A stretch of 64,000 nt of DNA from a virus. Lineage: Duplodnaviria > Heunggongvirae > Uroviricota > Caudoviricetes. The stretch is from the IMG/VR virus record IMGVR_UViG_3300020714_000006; one strand, given 5' to 3'. Position 1 is the first letter of the stretch. Each line of letters begins with the position of its first letter. Shown piece by piece: positions 36,201 to 45,566 of this stretch. The notes under the pieces were generated by a model that did no database searches, had not been told where the DNA came from, and saw only the letters and a list, made by a program, of their open reading frames with translations. The position numbers and the translations under genes were made by a program.

Positions 36201-38305
36201 TTGGTAACTCTGCTGCTAACGTAACAATTGGCAACGGTGGAAATAGTACATTAACTGTTTCAGGTGCATCAACTGGTGGTGCTACTGTTGTGGCATCTTC
36301 TGGTGTTACAACTGCTAATGTATTCAATAGTATTACAACAGTCGGTAATTTATTTGGTGCTGCTACCACATTAACAATTGCTAATGCTGCAACAGGTGCA
36401 ATTACAGGTTCAATCGGAACAAGTTCTACTTCTGGTAGTACATATACGTTTGGCGGTGCAATAACTACTGGAACAAATACTGTTAAAATTGGCTCTGGAG
36501 CTGCTGGAACTGTATCGTTTGATGCTGGAAACGCTGCTGCTACTGGTAATTTATTCTCAACTATTACTGGTACTATTAATATTGGTAACGGTGGTGCAAC
36601 AGCTGTTAATATTGGAGCAACATCTGCTAATGCTGTTGTTACTATCAATGGTTCAACTGCAACTAGTATTCAAGGTGGTGGTGCATCAACTGCTAATGTA
36701 TTTAATACAAGCACAACTACAACAGGTAACTTATTTGGATATTCTCCAACTATTGCTGTTGCTGGATCTGTAGCAACTGGAACTGCTTCAACATTGACAT
36801 TTGGTAGTGCAGTAACAGCTGGGGTAATTAATACAATAAAAATTAATGCTAATGGTGGAACAGCTGCATTTGATGCACCTAGTTCAACTGGAACTGCAAC
36901 TATATTTAATACTGTAGCTAATACTGTTAATTATTCTATAGCATCTACTGCTGTTAATATTGCATCAACTACTGGTACAACTACTATCAATTCACCAAGT
37001 GTTGTCATTGGGTCAGCTTCTGCAAATAATACATTAACTGTAAATGGGAATGGAACTACTGGAACAGCTACTGTATCATCTAACGTAACTACTGGAATTG
37101 TAAACTTATTCCCAAATACAACTGGATCTGTTGTAATTGGTGGAACTGCTGGGACTATTTCTACTGGTGCCGGTATTGTTAAATTAGGAACAACACCTTC
37201 GCAATTAGCTGTTGGTAATGAAGTTGTAACTGCAAGTTGGGTATTAAATAATATTAGCTCATTGGCATCATATTCAGTCAATACTGGAACTGCAACTTCT
37301 GTCCAAACAATTGATACTGTAACAAGTGTTGTTTCTGGATCATTTATTATTGGTGTATCATATACCATTTCTGTAATTGGTAATGGTGGAACTGGTACTA
37401 CTTCAACGTGGAATGCTGTTGCTGGAACAACTGGGGTATCATATCAAGTAGGTTCTACATTTGTAGCTGCTACAACTGGTGGAACTATTACTGGTGGGTA
37501 TGCATATACAGGACAAGGTGCTGGTAATTCAGCTGCTGCTGGACAAGCATTTACCTGGGATAAATATCGTTCTGCAAAATACCATATTCAAGCAACACAA
37601 GTTGGGGCAACTTCAACAAGAACACAATCTTCTGAAGTTTTAGTTACACATGATGCACCTGTATTATCATTCTCGGCAAGTGCTACATTAACTAATGGAA
37701 CCGCATTACTTGTAACAAGCACTGCTGGATTATACGTTGGGATGTCAGTAACAATTATTAACAATGCTGGGTCTGATACTATAAATGGTGCTTCAAATGG
37801 TGTAACAACAATTTCATCTATTAGTGGAACAACTGTAAACTTAGCAAATGCTTCAACAATTACTGGTACTACAACTATTCTAAAAGCATATCTTGCTACA
37901 TCATTTTCTGCATCTATAACAGCTTCAAACAGTACTACTAGTTTATTATATACTGGTATGACTGCAATTGTTGGTGCAGTTTATCCAGGAATGTATATAT
38001 CTGGAACTGGTGTAACTGCAGGAACATATGTTACATCTATATCAAGTGGAACCATTACATTTAACCAAGCATTGGCAACATCTGCTGGCGCTGTTATTTC
38101 TGGAACACCAAATGTATACTTAACAGAGTACGCGGTATTAGAAACAAATGGAACTATTGGTATATTTACAGCAGCTACGGCATCAGCCGCTCCTTATAAT
38201 ATAACATTGACTACAACACCATTGACAACTACAACTGGTATCTCAATGGGAACATTGTCTGAAACTGTATTTAAGTTAGAAAAAGAACAAATTGAAATTT
38301 TATAA
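33212..38305 (+). CDS. Giant Thr/Gly/Ala-rich tail-fibre-like protein (1697 aa)
   Basis: GVLPIANGGTG fibre motif; repeated TANxFNT / GNLFGxAT units; C-terminal YRSAKY...EY domain; late motif GATAAATA at 33186. Confidence 0.7.
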   Translation: MMSSTNRQFLVRTGLNLPAGTATQAPLTLQSGVNLTTAATGSVEWDGYNLFVSENSTNGTYSGNLSAVARRTVAYTDSTMTPLIGSYTATGSTQSNSTQITTDYAYVTTSTATAAPYNGVILPAPIVGRSVKIVNNTANSIYVWPQPTVALTGGTSSATVTPNIITVTSTTGLYPGMTIPTSMTSGTGVFPANTVVVSILSSTTFVVNNAPTTILASAAFTAGTASGINTGTNDALYTIVPTSSVEFLATTSSRWMTSSAASASGISNGGSGTGTYTAGSLVYSTDALGTFNGLPDIATVGIPLLSQGSTVAPAYTAINLANAAVVSGTTGPVYGVLPIANGGTGTNGSGLNSAGATYNLINTTATNINFGGAGTAISIGSSSGTTTVNNNLVVTGTTSLGTTTVGNLTVTGTQFISNTTNTSINDPIMELDRPSYGWLTNDNGFDIGLKYHYYKTQPNALFVVTSTTGASGTATLTLSDITVVIPVGAIISVGSTLGAYAGTYIVTASAAGSVSYANATTSTITTIGTVSIVTFVPMATGSSSGTTVTITYATTGSQVLIPNGSKITLSGFAGTGGSLLATNGISPYAGTATYDVQSSSATTTVGTITITTTGSNLGTITSATGNINVSDLFAFSGWTNDSQSFEFYSEGYETSTNVFAGQYGTVKAGGFRIAAPSSVPATSGNLNSLSSGAALTVVGKTFFDTTSTATQTQTQAAVMGVAQQTIAALNTTVTYTNAASLYIANAPTNGTNVTITNPYAIQVAAGNTLLGGNLAVNGGTLSSTSTTFNLLNTGVTTGNVLGAATTYTIGGTATTSANFSGSTSGSTYTFGGAAATGNILKLAGTTGGTVSVTTDVTTGTANIFASVTGAINMGGASTTVVVGQSANSTLTIAGTNGAAGTATINTTTGVVTANVFNTVATAGNLFGVATAVTISSGATGTLTFGNAASVGTTNKISINVGVGTASFDATSTAGTASLFASPTNAIQIGLASTTILIGNSAANVTIGNGGNSTLTVSGASTGGATVVASSGVTTANVFNSITTVGNLFGAATTLTIANAATGAITGSIGTSSTSGSTYTFGGAITTGTNTVKIGSGAAGTVSFDAGNAAATGNLFSTITGTINIGNGGATAVNIGATSANAVVTINGSTATSIQGGGASTANVFNTSTTTTGNLFGYSPTIAVAGSVATGTASTLTFGSAVTAGVINTIKINANGGTAAFDAPSSTGTATIFNTVANTVNYSIASTAVNIASTTGTTTINSPSVVIGSASANNTLTVNGNGTTGTATVSSNVTTGIVNLFPNTTGSVVIGGTAGTISTGAGIVKLGTTPSQLAVGNEVVTASWVLNNISSLASYSVNTGTATSVQTIDTVTSVVSGSFIIGVSYTISVIGNGGTGTTSTWNAVAGTTGVSYQVGSTFVAATTGGTITGGYAYTGQGAGNSAAAGQAFTWDKYRSAKYHIQATQVGATSTRTQSSEVLVTHDAPVLSFSASATLTNGTALLVTSTAGLYVGMSVTIINNAGSDTINGASNGVTTISSISGTTVNLANASTITGTTTILKAYLATSFSASITASNSTTSLLYTGMTAIVGAVYPGMYISGTGVTAGTYVTSISSGTITFNQALATSAGAVISGTPNVYLTEYAVLETNGTIGIFTAATASAAPYNITLTTTPLTTTTGISMGTLSETVFKLEKEQIEIL

Positions 38306-38330
38306 CTAGCTTAATTACTATATCTTAACT

Positions 38331-38369
38331 AAAGGGGTGTTACTTGTAAAGGGTAACGCCCCTTTTTTT
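38331..38369 (+). terminator. Rho-independent terminator
   Basis: AAAGGGGTGTTAC...GTAACGCCCCTTTTTTT. Confidence 0.85.
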
Positions 38370-38419
38370 AATAAATACATTATAAAAAACATAACGATGT
38401 TTATAAGTTAAGGATTCAG

Positions 38420-40441
38420 ATGTCAACAACAATTAGAGATTTTAAGGTTCCACACGGCACGATAATTGGAGCTCAACAAGATAATTACTTACATTTAATT
38501 GGAAGTAGCTCTGGCAATTCTGTAGGAATAGCAGCAGAAGGCATAGATACTAATATAGGCATTACTATTACTCCAAAAGGTAATGGCGAAGTTCATATAA
38601 ATGGTAACGTAAATATAACAGCAACATCTGGGTTATCATTTGCTGGATATACACCAAATACAGTATTATATGTTGATAGCACTAATTCAGCTGCCAGTTC
38701 AACATCATTGGTATTTGATGGTACAAATTTAACAGTAGCAGGGAAAGTAACTGCTGGTGCATTTATTCCAACTAGTGCTACTGTTCCAATAAACGGTGTA
38801 TATAGCTATGCTGTAAATTCTGTTGGTATATCAGCAAATTCTACTGGAGTTGTTTTTATAACTTCAGGAAAAGTTGGTATAGGACAAGCACCAACTACGT
38901 ATGTATTAGAAACTTCACAAGATGTTTCTATACATGGTCTTAGAGTAGGTCTTGGTAATTCTGGAGTAGCATCTAATATTGTATTAGGAACCAGTTCACT
39001 TTCAACTAATACTACTGGTAACAATAATATAGCAGTTGGAAATTGCAATTTACGTTACAATACAACTGGTACAAATAATATAAGTGTTGGGAATAGTACA
39101 TTATCAGTAAATATTTTAGGGTCTGGTAATATTGGTATTGGAAATAGTGCACTAACCAATAATACAACTAGTATATTGGCATTAGGATCAATAATTGGTG
39201 GGTCTAATTACACAAATAGTGGAACATATAATAATGTTACATTATCACGGGTGAGTGGATCTACACCAACAACTTACCCAGTTGCTGATATAGTAGTGCA
39301 AAATGGCATAGTAACTTCGGTTACGTTAGTTAGTAATGGTTCTGGATTTACTGATACTACAACTGTATTAACAGCACCAACATCTGCGATTGGTAATGTT
39401 GGAAGTGGATTTTGTGTTCCAGTTAGTAGTTTGATATCTGGTAGTGATAATATTGGAATAGGTAATTATTCATTATATTGCAATAAAACCGGATTACACA
39501 ATAGTGCAATTGGTACATCATCATTATATTCAAATACTGTTGGTAATAATAATATTAGTAATGGATTTAGCTCACTATATTCAAATACTATCGGAAATGA
39601 TAATATTTCTACAGGTAGTTATTCTTTATATAGTAATTCTAGTGGATGTTCTAATTTAGCATCAGGTAGTAATTCATTATATGCAAATATATCAGGTAAT
39701 GATAATATAGCATTAGGAGATTCATCATTATATAGCAATACAGATGGATCAAACAATATTAGTATTGGTGTAATGTCATTACAAAGTAACATCCATGGAA
39801 ATAACAATGTTGCTATTGGGTATACTGCAGGATATAATCCATCAACTGGTATTACAACGGCATGTAATAATACATTCTTAGGATATGGAACTACTGCTAC
39901 TGCAAATGGTATTAACAATTCAACTGCATTAGGTAATGGCGCTATTATTACTGCTAGTAATCAGATGGTGTATGGAAATACATCAGTTACTGTAAATTTA
40001 ATGAATGGCGCAGTTCTTATTGGAACTACCACTAATATAAACAATTCTACTTTAGTTGTTAATGGTGTAATAGAATCATTGAGTGGTGGTATTAGATTTC
40101 CAGATGGGACAACATTATCATCTGCAACATCTGGTACGCTTACTTCATTTACTACTAATTCATTACAACAAGTAACTATTGATTCATTTTCAAAAAATTC
40201 ATATAGAACAGCAAAATATTTAGTTCAAATTAGTAGTCTTGCGTCTACATATCATGTTATTGAATTATTATTAATTCAAAACGGAAACACAGCTTATTTG
40301 TCGCAATATGGTGAAATAGTTACAAATTCATCTCTTGGTATCTTTGATTCATCTATCTCAGGTGGTATAGTAAATTTATTATTTACTCCAACTACACCGA
40401 TAACTACATTAAGAATACTTCGCCAAACATTAAGCATATAA
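38420..40441 (+). CDS. Tail-fibre-like protein with 14-residue beta-roll repeats
   Basis: Repeats such as NIALGDSSLYSNTDG; C-terminal IDSFSKNSYRTAKYLVQ domain; AATAAATA at 38370. Confidence 0.7.
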   Translation: MSTTIRDFKVPHGTIIGAQQDNYLHLIGSSSGNSVGIAAEGIDTNIGITITPKGNGEVHINGNVNITATSGLSFAGYTPNTVLYVDSTNSAASSTSLVFDGTNLTVAGKVTAGAFIPTSATVPINGVYSYAVNSVGISANSTGVVFITSGKVGIGQAPTTYVLETSQDVSIHGLRVGLGNSGVASNIVLGTSSLSTNTTGNNNIAVGNCNLRYNTTGTNNISVGNSTLSVNILGSGNIGIGNSALTNNTTSILALGSIIGGSNYTNSGTYNNVTLSRVSGSTPTTYPVADIVVQNGIVTSVTLVSNGSGFTDTTTVLTAPTSAIGNVGSGFCVPVSSLISGSDNIGIGNYSLYCNKTGLHNSAIGTSSLYSNTVGNNNISNGFSSLYSNTIGNDNISTGSYSLYSNSSGCSNLASGSNSLYANISGNDNIALGDSSLYSNTDGSNNISIGVMSLQSNIHGNNNVAIGYTAGYNPSTGITTACNNTFLGYGTTATANGINNSTALGNGAIITASNQMVYGNTSVTVNLMNGAVLIGTTTNINNSTLVVNGVIESLSGGIRFPDGTTLSSATSGTLTSFTTNSLQQVTIDSFSKNSYRTAKYLVQISSLASTYHVIELLLIQNGNTAYLSQYGEIVTNSSLGIFDSSISGGIVNLLFTPTTPITTLRILRQTLSI

Positions 40442-40461
40442 TTATAAGGGGATAGTGAACC

Positions 40462-42210
40462 TTGGCTAACAATAAAACATTTTCAATAAAAAACGGATTA
40501 ACCGTCGGAACAACTACTGTCATAAACTCTAGTGGAGTTTGGATAGGGTCTCCAATTGGTTTAACTGGTGCTACTGGACCAACTGGTGCTACTGGCCCTG
40601 GGGGATTTGCTGGTGCATCTGGTGCAACAGGCCCAATTGGTGCTACTGGTATACCTGGAATAGGCTCTACTGGTGCTACTGGCCCACAAGGATACATTGG
40701 TGCTACTGGTGCTACTGGATTAACTGGCTCCACTGGAGTCGGTGCTACTGGTGCTACTGGATACCAAGGCGCAACTGGTGCAACAGGACCACAAGGTGCA
40801 ACCGGTCCCAAAGGTGCAACCGGACCACAAGGTTACCAAGGTTCTACAGGATCATTTGGTGCCACTGGTGCCACTGGTCCACAAGGTGCAACTGGTCCAC
40901 AAGGTGCAACTGGTGCAACTGGTCCACAAGGTGCAACTGGTCCACAAGGTGCAACTGGACCAACTGGTGCAACTGGTCCACAAGGTGCAACCGGAACAGC
41001 CGGTGCTACTGGACCAATTGGGGCAATTGGCGCATCCGGTGCAACAGGTCCAAAAGGTGCTACTGGCGCAACAGGACCTGCTGGTCCACGCGGTTCTACT
41101 GGTGCAACAGGTCCACAAGGCATAGATGGCGCCACTGGCGCCACTGGTCCAGTAGGTTCTACGGGTTCTACAGGTGCTACTGGCCCAAGTGGTTCTACAG
41201 GTGCTACTGGACCGCAAGGAGCCACAGGTGCTACTGGCCCAAATGGTGCTACAGGTGCTACTGGACCAATTGGGGCGACTGGCGCATCTGGATATCAAGG
41301 TGCTACTGGAACACCAGGTGCTGATGGACAAATTGGTGCAACTGGCGCAACAGGACCACAAGGACTTCAAGGATCTACTGGATTAACTGGTGCTACTGGT
41401 TCTAAAGGTGCTACTGGAGCATCTGGATTAACTGGTTCTACGGGTTTAATTGGTGCCACAGGACCACAAGGTTCTACTGGTGTGACCGGTGCAACTGGTC
41501 CAATTGGGGCATCTGGCGCAACTGGTGCAACTGGTCCACAAGGTGCAACTGGTCCACAAGGTGCAACTGGTTCAACAGGGCCATTAGGTGCAACAGGTCC
41601 AAATGGTGCAACTGGTGCAACCGGACCGATTGGTGCAACTGGTGATACTGGGCCAATAGGTGCTACTGGTGATATTGGGCCAATAGGTGCTACTGGCGCA
41701 TCTGGTGCTATTGGTCCAATAGGTGCTACTGGTGCTACTGGGCCGCAAGGAGTTGCTGGTGCAGATGGATCATTTGTATATAATTCAAATGCTCAAGTAA
41801 ATTCATTGGGGGTTGGGACTGCTGCATCTACTAATACTGGTGAAATTAGAGCAACTAGTACTATTACTTCATTCTTTTCTGATATTAGACTTAAAGATAA
41901 TATAGAAATTATTACTAACGCACTAGACGCAATTGATAAAATACGAGGTGTTAAATATACACAGAATAAATTTGCAGAACAATTTGGGTATAATAATTAT
42001 GAACAACAAGTAGGGGTTATTGCACAAGAAATGCAAAAAGTACTACCAGAAGTAGTTAAACCAGCTCCGTTTGATATAGATATACATGGAAATAGCAAAT
42101 CTGGTGAGAATTATTTAACTGTTCAATATGAAAAAATAGTCCCGCTATTAATCCAAGCTATTAAAGAACAACAATCTGCAATAGATTTATTACTACAGTA
42201 TATAAAATAA
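40462..42210 (+). CDS. Collagen-like fibre protein with C-terminal intramolecular chaperone (peptidase S74-like)
   Basis: About 400 aa of G-X-Y (GAT/GPQ/GST); SDIRLKDNI and GVIAQE...[14 protein letters not shown]; TTG start. Confidence 0.85.
   Translation: MANNKTFSIKNGLTVGTTTVINSSGVWIGSPIGLTGATGPTGATGPGGFAGASGATGPIGATGIPGIGSTGATGPQGYIGATGATGLTGSTGVGATGATGYQGATGATGPQGATGPKGATGPQGYQGSTGSFGATGATGPQGATGPQGATGATGPQGATGPQGATGPTGATGPQGATGTAGATGPIGAIGASGATGPKGATGATGPAGPRGSTGATGPQGIDGATGATGPVGSTGSTGATGPSGSTGATGPQGATGATGPNGATGATGPIGATGASGYQGATGTPGADGQIGATGATGPQGLQGSTGLTGATGSKGATGASGLTGSTGLIGATGPQGSTGVTGATGPIGASGATGATGPQGATGPQGATGSTGPLGATGPNGATGATGPIGATGDTGPIGATGDIGPIGATGASGAIGPIGATGATGPQGVAGADGSFVYNSNAQVNSLGVGTAASTNTGEIRATSTITSFFSDIRLKDNIEIITNALDAIDKIRGVKYTQNKFAEQFGYNNYEQQVGVIAQEMQKVLPEVVKPAPFDIDIHGNSKSGENYLTVQYEKIVPLLIQAIKEQQSAIDLLLQYIK
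40558..41772 (+). repeat. Collagen G-X-Y coding repeat (ggtgcaact/ggtccacaa units)
   Basis: 9-nt periodic, degenerate at third codon positions. Confidence 0.9.
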
Positions 42211-42211
42211 C

Positions 42212-43936
42212 ATGACTAATATTAATTTTTCTATAAAAAATGGATTAACAGTAAGTAATTATGATGTTATAGATGCTGATGGAAACTGGATTGGTGTTCC
42301 ATCTAATTACATAGGTGCATCTGGACTAACTGGTAATAGAGGGTCTACTGGTATATCTGGATTAAGTGGATCTACTGGTCCAGCTGGATTTAATGGACCA
42401 GCACAACCAGGGACTACTGGTATTCTTGGTATATCTGGAAAAGCAGGAACAGGTGGACGAAGAGGTGCTACGGGTCCAATTGGTGCAACTGGCATTACTG
42501 GTGATTTAGGTCCAAACGGTAATATAGTATATGGAAGTACTGGAAGTGTTGGTAGTACCGGTGATAATGGAATAATTGGGTTAATTGGTATTACCGATCC
42601 TGGAACAGGTGGTTCCACCGGTGCTATTGGCTCACCTGGTTTAACTGGGTCACTCGGCGATATTGGATTAGATGGAGTTATTGTCAATGGTGTAATTGGT
42701 TCTTCCGGTGATCCTGGGTTAATTGGAATAACTGGGGCAACCGGTGTTACTAATGCAGGTTCACAAGGATTTCTTGGAATTGTAGGTCCGATTGGTAATG
42801 ATGGATTAAGTATTGCTGGAGCAGTTGGAATCGACGGCACGACTGGCCCACAAGGATTCATTGGTGCTACTGGTGCTACTATATCAGGTGCTGCACCAGG
42901 AGATACTGGTATACAAGGATATGTTGGCGCCTCTGGGATAATTGGTATTATTGGGATAATCAATACTATCGCTAGTGCTGCTGGTAACATTGGAATAATT
43001 GGGGCAACTGGAGTTAAAGGAGGGATTGGGAAAATTGGATCTCCTGGTCCAGCTGGGCCATTGTTTAATGGCGGTACTGGAACCAGAGGTTCTACTGGAT
43101 TGCGTGGAGTTTTAGGGCAACAAGGTTCAACAGAAATTGGTGCATCTGGAGTAGATGGTATAACTGGATTAACTGGTGCCACTGGAACTAGTGGTGATGG
43201 TGTGCTTGGCCCAACTGGTGCTACAGGTCCAATAGGATATAATGGTTCTACTGGTATGGCTGGCTTACTTGGAAAGGTGGTTGTTGGTGCTACGGGTGCA
43301 ACTGGTCCCAACGGTGCTACAGGTGCTACGGGTGCAACTGGTCCCAACGGTGCTACAGGTGCTACAGGTGCTACAGGTGCTACTGGACCAATTGGTGCTA
43401 CTGGACCAACTGGTTTTATAGGTTTGCAAGGTGGTAATGGTAATATAGGTCCAAATGGTGCAACTGGTGCAACTGGTGCATCTGGTGTTACTAGTACAAC
43501 TGCCGATTCTCAACTTTACTCATTAGCCGTTGGTTCTACTGGCCCAACTGGTAATCTTGGGCAAATTATTGCAACAGGTATAATAACTTCTGGTTATTCT
43601 GATATAAGACTTAAAGAAAATATTATAGAAATTGAAAATGCATTAGAACTTGTGAATAAAATTGCTGGATATCGGTATACACAAAATAAGTTTGCAGAAC
43701 AATTTGGATATAATGATTATTCCATGCAAGTTGGCGTTATTGCTCAAGAAATTAAAGATATAATACCAGAAGCAGTATGTATAGCACCATTTGATGCTGA
43801 TAGAGATGGTAATAGTAAATCTGGAGAAAATTATCTCACTGTACAATACCATAAATTAATACCATTATTAATACAAGCCGTAAAGGAACGACAAGTACAG
43901 ATTAATTTTATCAGTAACAAATTACTCAATAAATAG
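42212..43936 (+). CDS. Second collagen-like fibre protein with S74-like chaperone
   Basis: Interrupted G-X-Y repeats; SDIRLKENI...GVIAQE...[14 protein letters not shown]; paralogue of 40462..42210. Confidence 0.82.
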   Translation: MTNINFSIKNGLTVSNYDVIDADGNWIGVPSNYIGASGLTGNRGSTGISGLSGSTGPAGFNGPAQPGTTGILGISGKAGTGGRRGATGPIGATGITGDLGPNGNIVYGSTGSVGSTGDNGIIGLIGITDPGTGGSTGAIGSPGLTGSLGDIGLDGVIVNGVIGSSGDPGLIGITGATGVTNAGSQGFLGIVGPIGNDGLSIAGAVGIDGTTGPQGFIGATGATISGAAPGDTGIQGYVGASGIIGIIGIINTIASAAGNIGIIGATGVKGGIGKIGSPGPAGPLFNGGTGTRGSTGLRGVLGQQGSTEIGASGVDGITGLTGATGTSGDGVLGPTGATGPIGYNGSTGMAGLLGKVVVGATGATGPNGATGATGATGPNGATGATGATGATGPIGATGPTGFIGLQGGNGNIGPNGATGATGASGVTSTTADSQLYSLAVGSTGPTGNLGQIIATGIITSGYSDIRLKENIIEIENALELVNKIAGYRYTQNKFAEQFGYNDYSMQVGVIAQEIKDIIPEAVCIAPFDADRDGNSKSGENYLTVQYHKLIPLLIQAVKERQVQINFISNKLLNK

Positions 43937-43965
43937 TTGACAGTGTATATTATATCACATATAAT
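43937..43965 (+). promoter_or_regulatory. Sigma70-type promoter, with an adjacent late motif AATAAATA at 43928-43935
   Basis: TTGACA (43937-43942), 17 bp spacer, TATAAT (43960-43965). Confidence 0.8.
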
Positions 43966-43988
43966 ATACACATATTTATGGAGATAAA

Positions 43989-45125
43989 ATGAGATTTCAT
44001 GTATTAGGGCTTCCGCACACTATTTCAAGTAAAGAATATGTAGCATGTGCATATACGCAAAAAGTTGTTAAATTTTGCAAAATGATGACTGACCGAGGTC
44101 ATACTGTGATCCATTATGGTCACGAAGAATCTGAATTGGTATGCACAGAACACGTTACGGTTCTGCCATCTGAAGATTGGAAAGTATCGTATGGTGACCA
44201 CGATTGGCGAAAACATTTTTTTAAATATGATTTAAATGATCATGCTTATCAAACTTTCTACAAAAATGCAATTGTAGAGATTCAAAAGAGAAAACAAACT
44301 AATGATTTTATATTACCATTCTGGGGTGCCGGTGTAAGAACAATTTGTGATGCACATCAAGATTTAATTTGTGTTGAACCTGGTATTGGATATGCTGGTG
44401 GCCATTGGGCAAGATATAAAATATTTGAATCATATGCCATATATCACGCATATTATGGATTAGAAGCTGTTGGGACATGCAGACAAGATTGGTATGATAT
44501 TGTAATCCCAAATTATTTTGATCCTGATGATTTTGTGTTTTCTGACAAAAAAGAAGATTACTTTTTATTTATAGGAAGGGTTTATGAAGGAAAGGGTATT
44601 CATATTGCAATTCAAACCACTGCCGCAATTGGTGCAAAATTAATAGTTGCTGGTCAAAATTCATTAAAAGATTGTGGTTATGACACTATCCCAGAACACG
44701 TTGAAGTAATTGGATACGCTGATGTGGAAACTAGAAAAAAATTAATGGCAAATGCAAAAGGTGCATTTATTGCTAGTTTATACACAGAACCATTTGGCGG
44801 TGTACAAATAGAATGTTTGTTTTCTGGTACGCCAACAATAACTACTGATTGGGGAGCATTTGCTGAAAATAATTTACACGGGATTACTGGATACCGTTGT
44901 AGAACATTTGAACAATTTACTTGGTCCGCTAAAAATATTGAAAAAATAAATCCACAAAATTGTAGAGATTGGGCAATGAATAACTTTACAATGGAGAAGG
45001 TTTCAGAAATGTATGAAGAATATTTCCAATCAGTTCTTAATATACATACCGGTAATGGTTGGTATGAACCAAATGAAAGTAGACAAGAACTAGAATGGTT
45101 GAAAAAAACTTATCCGTCAAATTAA
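43989..45125 (+). CDS. Glycosyltransferase, GT-B fold (GT4-like)
   Basis: LFIGRVYEGKGIH; EPFGGVQIE (E-x7-E); GTPTITTDWGAFAE. Confidence 0.88.
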   Translation: MRFHVLGLPHTISSKEYVACAYTQKVVKFCKMMTDRGHTVIHYGHEESELVCTEHVTVLPSEDWKVSYGDHDWRKHFFKYDLNDHAYQTFYKNAIVEIQKRKQTNDFILPFWGAGVRTICDAHQDLICVEPGIGYAGGHWARYKIFESYAIYHAYYGLEAVGTCRQDWYDIVIPNYFDPDDFVFSDKKEDYFLFIGRVYEGKGIHIAIQTTAAIGAKLIVAGQNSLKDCGYDTIPEHVEVIGYADVETRKKLMANAKGAFIASLYTEPFGGVQIECLFSGTPTITTDWGAFAENNLHGITGYRCRTFEQFTWSAKNIEKINPQNCRDWAMNNFTMEKVSEMYEEYFQSVLNIHTGNGWYEPNESRQELEWLKKTYPSN

Positions 45126-45566
45126 TTCAATAATATCAAAAATTGTTTGTAGTTTTGTTCTAATAATTTTATTAGAAAAACTATTTTTTAATCCTTGATG
45201 CAATGGCTTGGGCGCTAAATCTATAGTTGCCCAAGCCCAACCACAATGTTCATCACTTAATGTTGGAACAAATTCTTTTTCTATAACACACATATATGTA
45301 TGAAAATTAAATATAGTGTCATTAGATACAAATGTTTCTAATGGAATAGTTTTTATAACTGTTGGATTACATCCTATTTCTTCATTAATTTCTCTTTGTA
45401 GACCTTGCCATGGGTTTTCATTTATTAGATTTGTTCCACCTACTAGACCCCATGTTCCTTGATGTTTTCCAGCATATTTTTGTAACAATAAAAATCGTTT
45501 AGTAGATTTAGCATAAAATAATGCGCCACTACATACTATTTTGTCTGTTACATTACTATTTTCCAT
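45117..45566 (-). CDS. Nudix hydrolase
   Basis: Nudix box GGTNLINENPWQGLQREINEEIG; LSDEH...W. Confidence 0.85.
   Translation of the reverse strand: MENSNVTDKIVCSGALFYAKSTKRFLLLQKYAGKHQGTWGLVGGTNLINENPWQGLQREINEEIGCNPTVIKTIPLETFVSNDTIFNFHTYMCVIEKEFVPTLSDEHCGWAWATIDLAPKPLHQGLKNSFSNKIIRTKLQTIFDIIELI

Noticed and set aside
33181-39918. Long antisense ORFs (e.g. 33634..34485, 35860..36648)
   Set aside because: Mirror of Thr/Gly/Ala codons on the coding strand, which rarely create stops on the reverse strand
40558-41772. Possible CRISPR array or DGR repeat
   Set aside because: 9-nt periodic coding repeats without unique spacers; no cas gene or reverse transcriptase in the window; no adenine-specific template/variable pair seen
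40404-43513. Alternative-frame and antisense ORFs over the collagen genes (WCYWCNW, PVAPCG and VQLV repeats)
   Set aside because: Expected shadows of ggtgcaact-type codon repeats; no SD or promoter; the G-X-Y frame has the coherent N-terminal and S74 domains
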